Below, piece after piece: positions 60,423 to 64,000 of a DNA stretch of 64,000 nt (position 1 is the stretch's first letter; the number at the start of each line of letters is the position of its first letter). A program made the translations under genes and the position numbers. This stretch comes from an uncultured Gemmatimonadales bacterium (GTDB lineage Bacteria; Gemmatimonadota; Gemmatimonadetes; Longimicrobiales; RSA9). Under the pieces are notes generated by a model, which saw only the letters and a program-made list of their open reading frames with translations, was not told the origin of the DNA and made no database searches. The DNA lies in contig CAWFKH010000005.1 of the NCBI GenBank assembly GCA_963816355.1, positions 96,001-160,000 on the forward strand. The letters are read 5' to 3'.

Positions 60423-60740
60423 GTGCAGGAAGACCCGAAGAGCGGTGCTGCGACGGAGCTCGTGCGCGTCCTGGGCGCGCTCTCCGACGAGAACCGCTAC
60501 CGCATCGTCGAGCTGCTCGCGACCTGCGTCGAGCTCTCGTGCGGCGCGATCGGCAGTCGCCTCGGGCTCTCGGCCTCCCTCGTCTCCCATCACCTCGGCA
60601 TCCTCGAGTCCGTGGGCCTCATCGACCGCCGCAAGAACGGCCTGTGGACGCTGAACCGGCTCCGTCACGAGGAGCTCTCGCGCCATGCCGGCGCGCTCGC
60701 TTCGCTGGTCCAGCCGAAAGTCCAGCCGAAAGCTTCCTGA
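60423..60740 (+). CDS. ArsR/SmtB family transcriptional regulator
   Basis: ALSDENRYRIV...LSASLVSHHLGIL..GLI. Confidence 0.88.
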   Translation: MQEDPKSGAATELVRVLGALSDENRYRIVELLATCVELSCGAIGSRLGLSASLVSHHLGILESVGLIDRRKNGLWTLNRLRHEELSRHAGALASLVQPKVQPKAS

Positions 60741-60742
60741 GC

Positions 60743-62146
60743 CTACCGCTCGCCGCCGGGAATGCCCGGCTCCGTCATCGCGCGCGCGTCCAGCACCCGC
60801 TCCAGCTCCGCATCCTCCAGCACGCCGCGCTCGCGCGCCACCTCACGCGCCGTCTTCCCCTCGCGGAACGCCTGCTTCGCGATGGCCGCGGCCGCGTCGT
60901 AGCCGATGCTCGGCGCGAGCGCCGTCGCGAGTGAGAGGTTCCCCTCGAGCAGCTCCCGGCAGCGCGCCTCGTTCGCGACGATCCCGTCGACGCACTTCTC
61001 CGCGAGAATACGCGACGCATTCGAAAGGATCCCGACCGACTGCAGCAGCGCGTACGCCATGACGGGCATCATCACGTTCAGCTCGAAATAGCCGCCCTGC
61101 CCGGCGAGCGTGACCGTGGCGTTGTTGCCGATCACCTGCGCCGCGACCATCGTCACCGCCTCCGGGATGACCGGGTTCACCTTGCCGGGCATGATGCTCG
61201 ACCCGGGCTGGACGGCGGGCAGCGCGATCTCGGCGATGCCTGCGCGCGGGCCGCTGGCCAGCCAGCGCAGATCGTTGGCGATCTTGGTGAGCGACACCGC
61301 GAGCGTGTTCAGCGCGCCGTGCGCGTAGACGACGACGTCGCGACTCGCCTGGCGCTCGAAGTGGTTCGTCGCCTCGCGGAACTCGAGGCCGGTCTCCCGC
61401 GAAAGGCGCGCGATGGTGCGGCGGGCGAACTCGGGGTGGGTGTTGATGCCGGTTCCGACCGCGGTGCCGCCCAGCGGGAGCTCGGCGAGGTCGCCATCGG
61501 CCTCGCGGACGCGGCGGATGCCGAGCTCGACCTGAGCCGCGTAGCCGCCGAACTCCTGCCCCAGCCGGACCGGCGTCGCGTCCATGAGATGCGTGCGCCC
61601 GGACTTCACGATGCCGTCGAACTCGTCCGCCTTGCGCGCCAGCGAGGCGTGGAGGATCTCGAGCGCCGGGATCAGATCCTGGTGGACCGCGAGGCGCGCC
61701 GCCACCTGCATCGCCGTCGGGATCGTGTCGTTCGAGGACTGCGCCGCGTTGACGTGGTCGTTCGGGTGGACCTTCACGTCGCCGCCCAGGATCTCCATCG
61801 CGCGGTGCGCGATCACCTCGTTCGCGTTCATGTTCGTCGAGGTGCCGCTGCCGGTCTGGAATATGTCGATGGGGAACTGGCGGTCGTGACGCCCCGCCAC
61901 CACCTCTTCGGCCGCACGCACGATCGCGCCTCCGCGCGCCTCGTCCAGGAGACCGAGCGCCATGTTCGTCTCGGCGGCGGCCTTCTTGATCAGCCCCAGC
62001 GCCGCGATGAAGCGACGCGGGAAGCGCAGGTCGCTGATCGGAAAGTTCTCGACGGCACGCTGCGTCTGCGCGCCCCACAACGCGTCCGCCGGGACGCGCA
62101 TCTCGCCCAGCGAGTCCTTCTCGACGCGGAATTCGCCTTCACTCAT
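60743..62146 (-). CDS. fumC: Class II fumarate hydratase
   Basis: [39 protein letters not shown]. Confidence 0.95.
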   Translation of the reverse strand: MSEGEFRVEKDSLGEMRVPADALWGAQTQRAVENFPISDLRFPRRFIAALGLIKKAAAETNMALGLLDEARGGAIVRAAEEVVAGRHDRQFPIDIFQTGSGTSTNMNANEVIAHRAMEILGGDVKVHPNDHVNAAQSSNDTIPTAMQVAARLAVHQDLIPALEILHASLARKADEFDGIVKSGRTHLMDATPVRLGQEFGGYAAQVELGIRRVREADGDLAELPLGGTAVGTGINTHPEFARRTIARLSRETGLEFREATNHFERQASRDVVVYAHGALNTLAVSLTKIANDLRWLASGPRAGIAEIALPAVQPGSSIMPGKVNPVIPEAVTMVAAQVIGNNATVTLAGQGGYFELNVMMPVMAYALLQSVGILSNASRILAEKCVDGIVANEARCRELLEGNLSLATALAPSIGYDAAAAIAKQAFREGKTAREVARERGVLEDAELERVLDARAMTEPGIPGGER

Positions 62147-62177
62147 GTCGGCTCCCGTTCGTTTCGAAGCTGCACGG

Positions 62178-62894
62178 CTACTTGCGGGGCGGGCGCGAGG
62201 GGCGGATCTCGATGCGGCTGGGCAGCGTGCGCGCGGGCGTGTCCAGCAGGTGGAGCACGTGGGCGGCGATGTCCTCCGGCTGGATCTTCCACTCCGCGCC
62301 GCCGCCCGAGCCGAAGTCGGTGGCGACGCTGCCCGGCATGATGTAGGTGACGCGCACGCCCTGGTGCCGGACGTCCTGCATCATCGCCTCGCTGAAGCCG
62401 ACCAGGGCGAATTTGCTCGCGTTGTAGGCGGCGCCGCCCGGAAACGGGTTCTTGCCCGCCAGGCTGCCGATGTTGACGATCCACGCGTCATCGCTGCGCC
62501 GCAGGTGCGGCAGCGCGTGATGGCTGCAATAGAAAGCGCCGCTCAGGTTGGTGCCGATCGTCTCGTCCCACGCCTCCAGCGTCAGCTCACCGACGGCGCC
62601 GAAGCGGCCCACGCCCGCGTTGTTCACCAGGATGTCGATGCCGCCGAAGCGCTCGACCGTGCGCGCCATCAGACGAGCGCAGTCGGGCGCCGCGCGCACG
62701 TCGCACCGCACGCCGAGCACGCCGTCACCGCCGCCGCGCCGCGCCAGCTCCGCGGCGGTCCTCTCCACGTCCGTCTCCGTGCGCGCGCTGACCACCACGC
62801 GGCAGCCACGCGCCACGAGCGCATCCGCGATCGCGCGCCCGATGCCACGCGTGCTCCCCGTGACGACCGCCGTCCTGTCCTTCCGCGCTGCCAA
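62178..62894 (-). CDS. SDR oxidoreductase
   Basis: [19 protein letters not shown]. Confidence 0.9.
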   Translation of the reverse strand: MAARKDRTAVVTGSTRGIGRAIADALVARGCRVVVSARTETDVERTAAELARRGGGDGVLGVRCDVRAAPDCARLMARTVERFGGIDILVNNAGVGRFGAVGELTLEAWDETIGTNLSGAFYCSHHALPHLRRSDDAWIVNIGSLAGKNPFPGGAAYNASKFALVGFSEAMMQDVRHQGVRVTYIMPGSVATDFGSGGGAEWKIQPEDIAAHVLHLLDTPARTLPSRIEIRPSRPPRK

Positions 62895-62971
62895 GATCCC
62901 CCCTCTCCGAGGCCCACTTCCGGGCGGAGTTTAATTGCTGCGCGCAGGCACCGCCACTATGATTCGCCCCG

Positions 62972-63700
62972 ATGGAGCTCACCGGCAGAACCGCCCTCGT
63001 GACCGGCGGCGCCCGCCGCGTGGGGCGCGAGATCGCGCTCGCGCTGGCGCGCGCCGGAGCCGACGTCGCCGTCAACCACCACCGCTCGGCGGACGCCGCC
63101 GCGGAGCTGGTCGAGGAGATCCGCTCGCTCGGCCGCGCAGCGGTCGCGATCCCCGCCGACCTCGCCACCGCCGACGGGCCCCAGCGGCTCGTCGCCACCG
63201 CCGTCGAAACGCTCGGCCGACTCGATGTCGTCGTCAACAACGCCGCTCGCTTCGACTCCTCCACCGTCGAGGACACGACCGCCGAGGCGTGGGACCGCAT
63301 GCTCGCCGTGAACCTGCGTGCGCCGTTCCTCGTCGCGCGCGCCGCGACGCCCGCGCTGCGGCGCAACGGCGGCTCGATCGTCAACATCGCCGACCTCTCC
63401 GCCTTCCAGCCGTGGCCGCGCTTCGCCGCGCACGCCGCCTCCAAGGCCGGCCTCGTGCAGCTCACCCGCGTCCTCGCGCGCGCCCTCGCGCCCGACATCC
63501 GCGTCAACGCCATCGCGCCCGGCACCGTCCTGCCGCCCGACGACTACGACCCCGACGAGATCGAGCAGCTGCGACGCCGCATCCCGCTCGCGCGCATCGG
63601 CGACCCCGACGACGTCGCCGGCGCCGTGCTCTACCTCGTCTCCGCCGACTTCGTCACCGGCGAGGTCCTCGTGGTGGACGGCGGCAGACTGCTCACGTAG
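62972..63700 (+). CDS. SDR oxidoreductase, pteridine reductase/FolM-like
   Basis: TGGARRVG, VNIAD, APDIRVNAIAPG. Confidence 0.8.
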   Translation: MELTGRTALVTGGARRVGREIALALARAGADVAVNHHRSADAAAELVEEIRSLGRAAVAIPADLATADGPQRLVATAVETLGRLDVVVNNAARFDSSTVEDTTAEAWDRMLAVNLRAPFLVARAATPALRRNGGSIVNIADLSAFQPWPRFAAHAASKAGLVQLTRVLARALAPDIRVNAIAPGTVLPPDDYDPDEIEQLRRRIPLARIGDPDDVAGAVLYLVSADFVTGEVLVVDGGRLLT

Positions 63701-63713
63701 GAGGGCCGCGCCC

Positions 63714-64000
<287 letters not shown>

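Overview
Very GC-rich bacterial chromosomal window. The core-genome flanks (1-32.9 kb and 51.3-64 kb) carry the 5' part of RNase P RNA, tRNA-Arg(ACG), a phoB-phoR-pstB-phoU cluster, a Lon homologue with a degenerate AAA+ module, a pterin cluster (two PTPS paralogues, folE, SDR), a 6S RNA with promoter and terminator, tandem amidohydrolases, fumC and partial trxB. Between them (about 33.3-51.2 kb) is a visibly more AT-rich accessory island. It reads as an integron cassette array with no integrase in the window (CALIN-like): four attC sites whose R''/R' boxes pair cassette by cassette. The cassettes encode a GIY-YIG-like protein, a membrane protein, a DUF4258/DUF2283-like toxin-antitoxin pair, and one large cassette with an NYN RNase, Sir2-APAZ, a short prokaryotic Argonaute and a small unknown ORF. 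Seven IS elements sit in the array (IS110/IS1111, two IS1380, ISL3, two IS256, IS21), several nested. The IS1111-type element is inserted exactly in the R' box (just after GTT) of an attC, and its downstream non-coding region carries short matches to both the attC core and its own circle junction (candidate bridge/seek RNA). All calls come from motif reading by eye; no database searches were run, and several frameshifts may be assembly errors.
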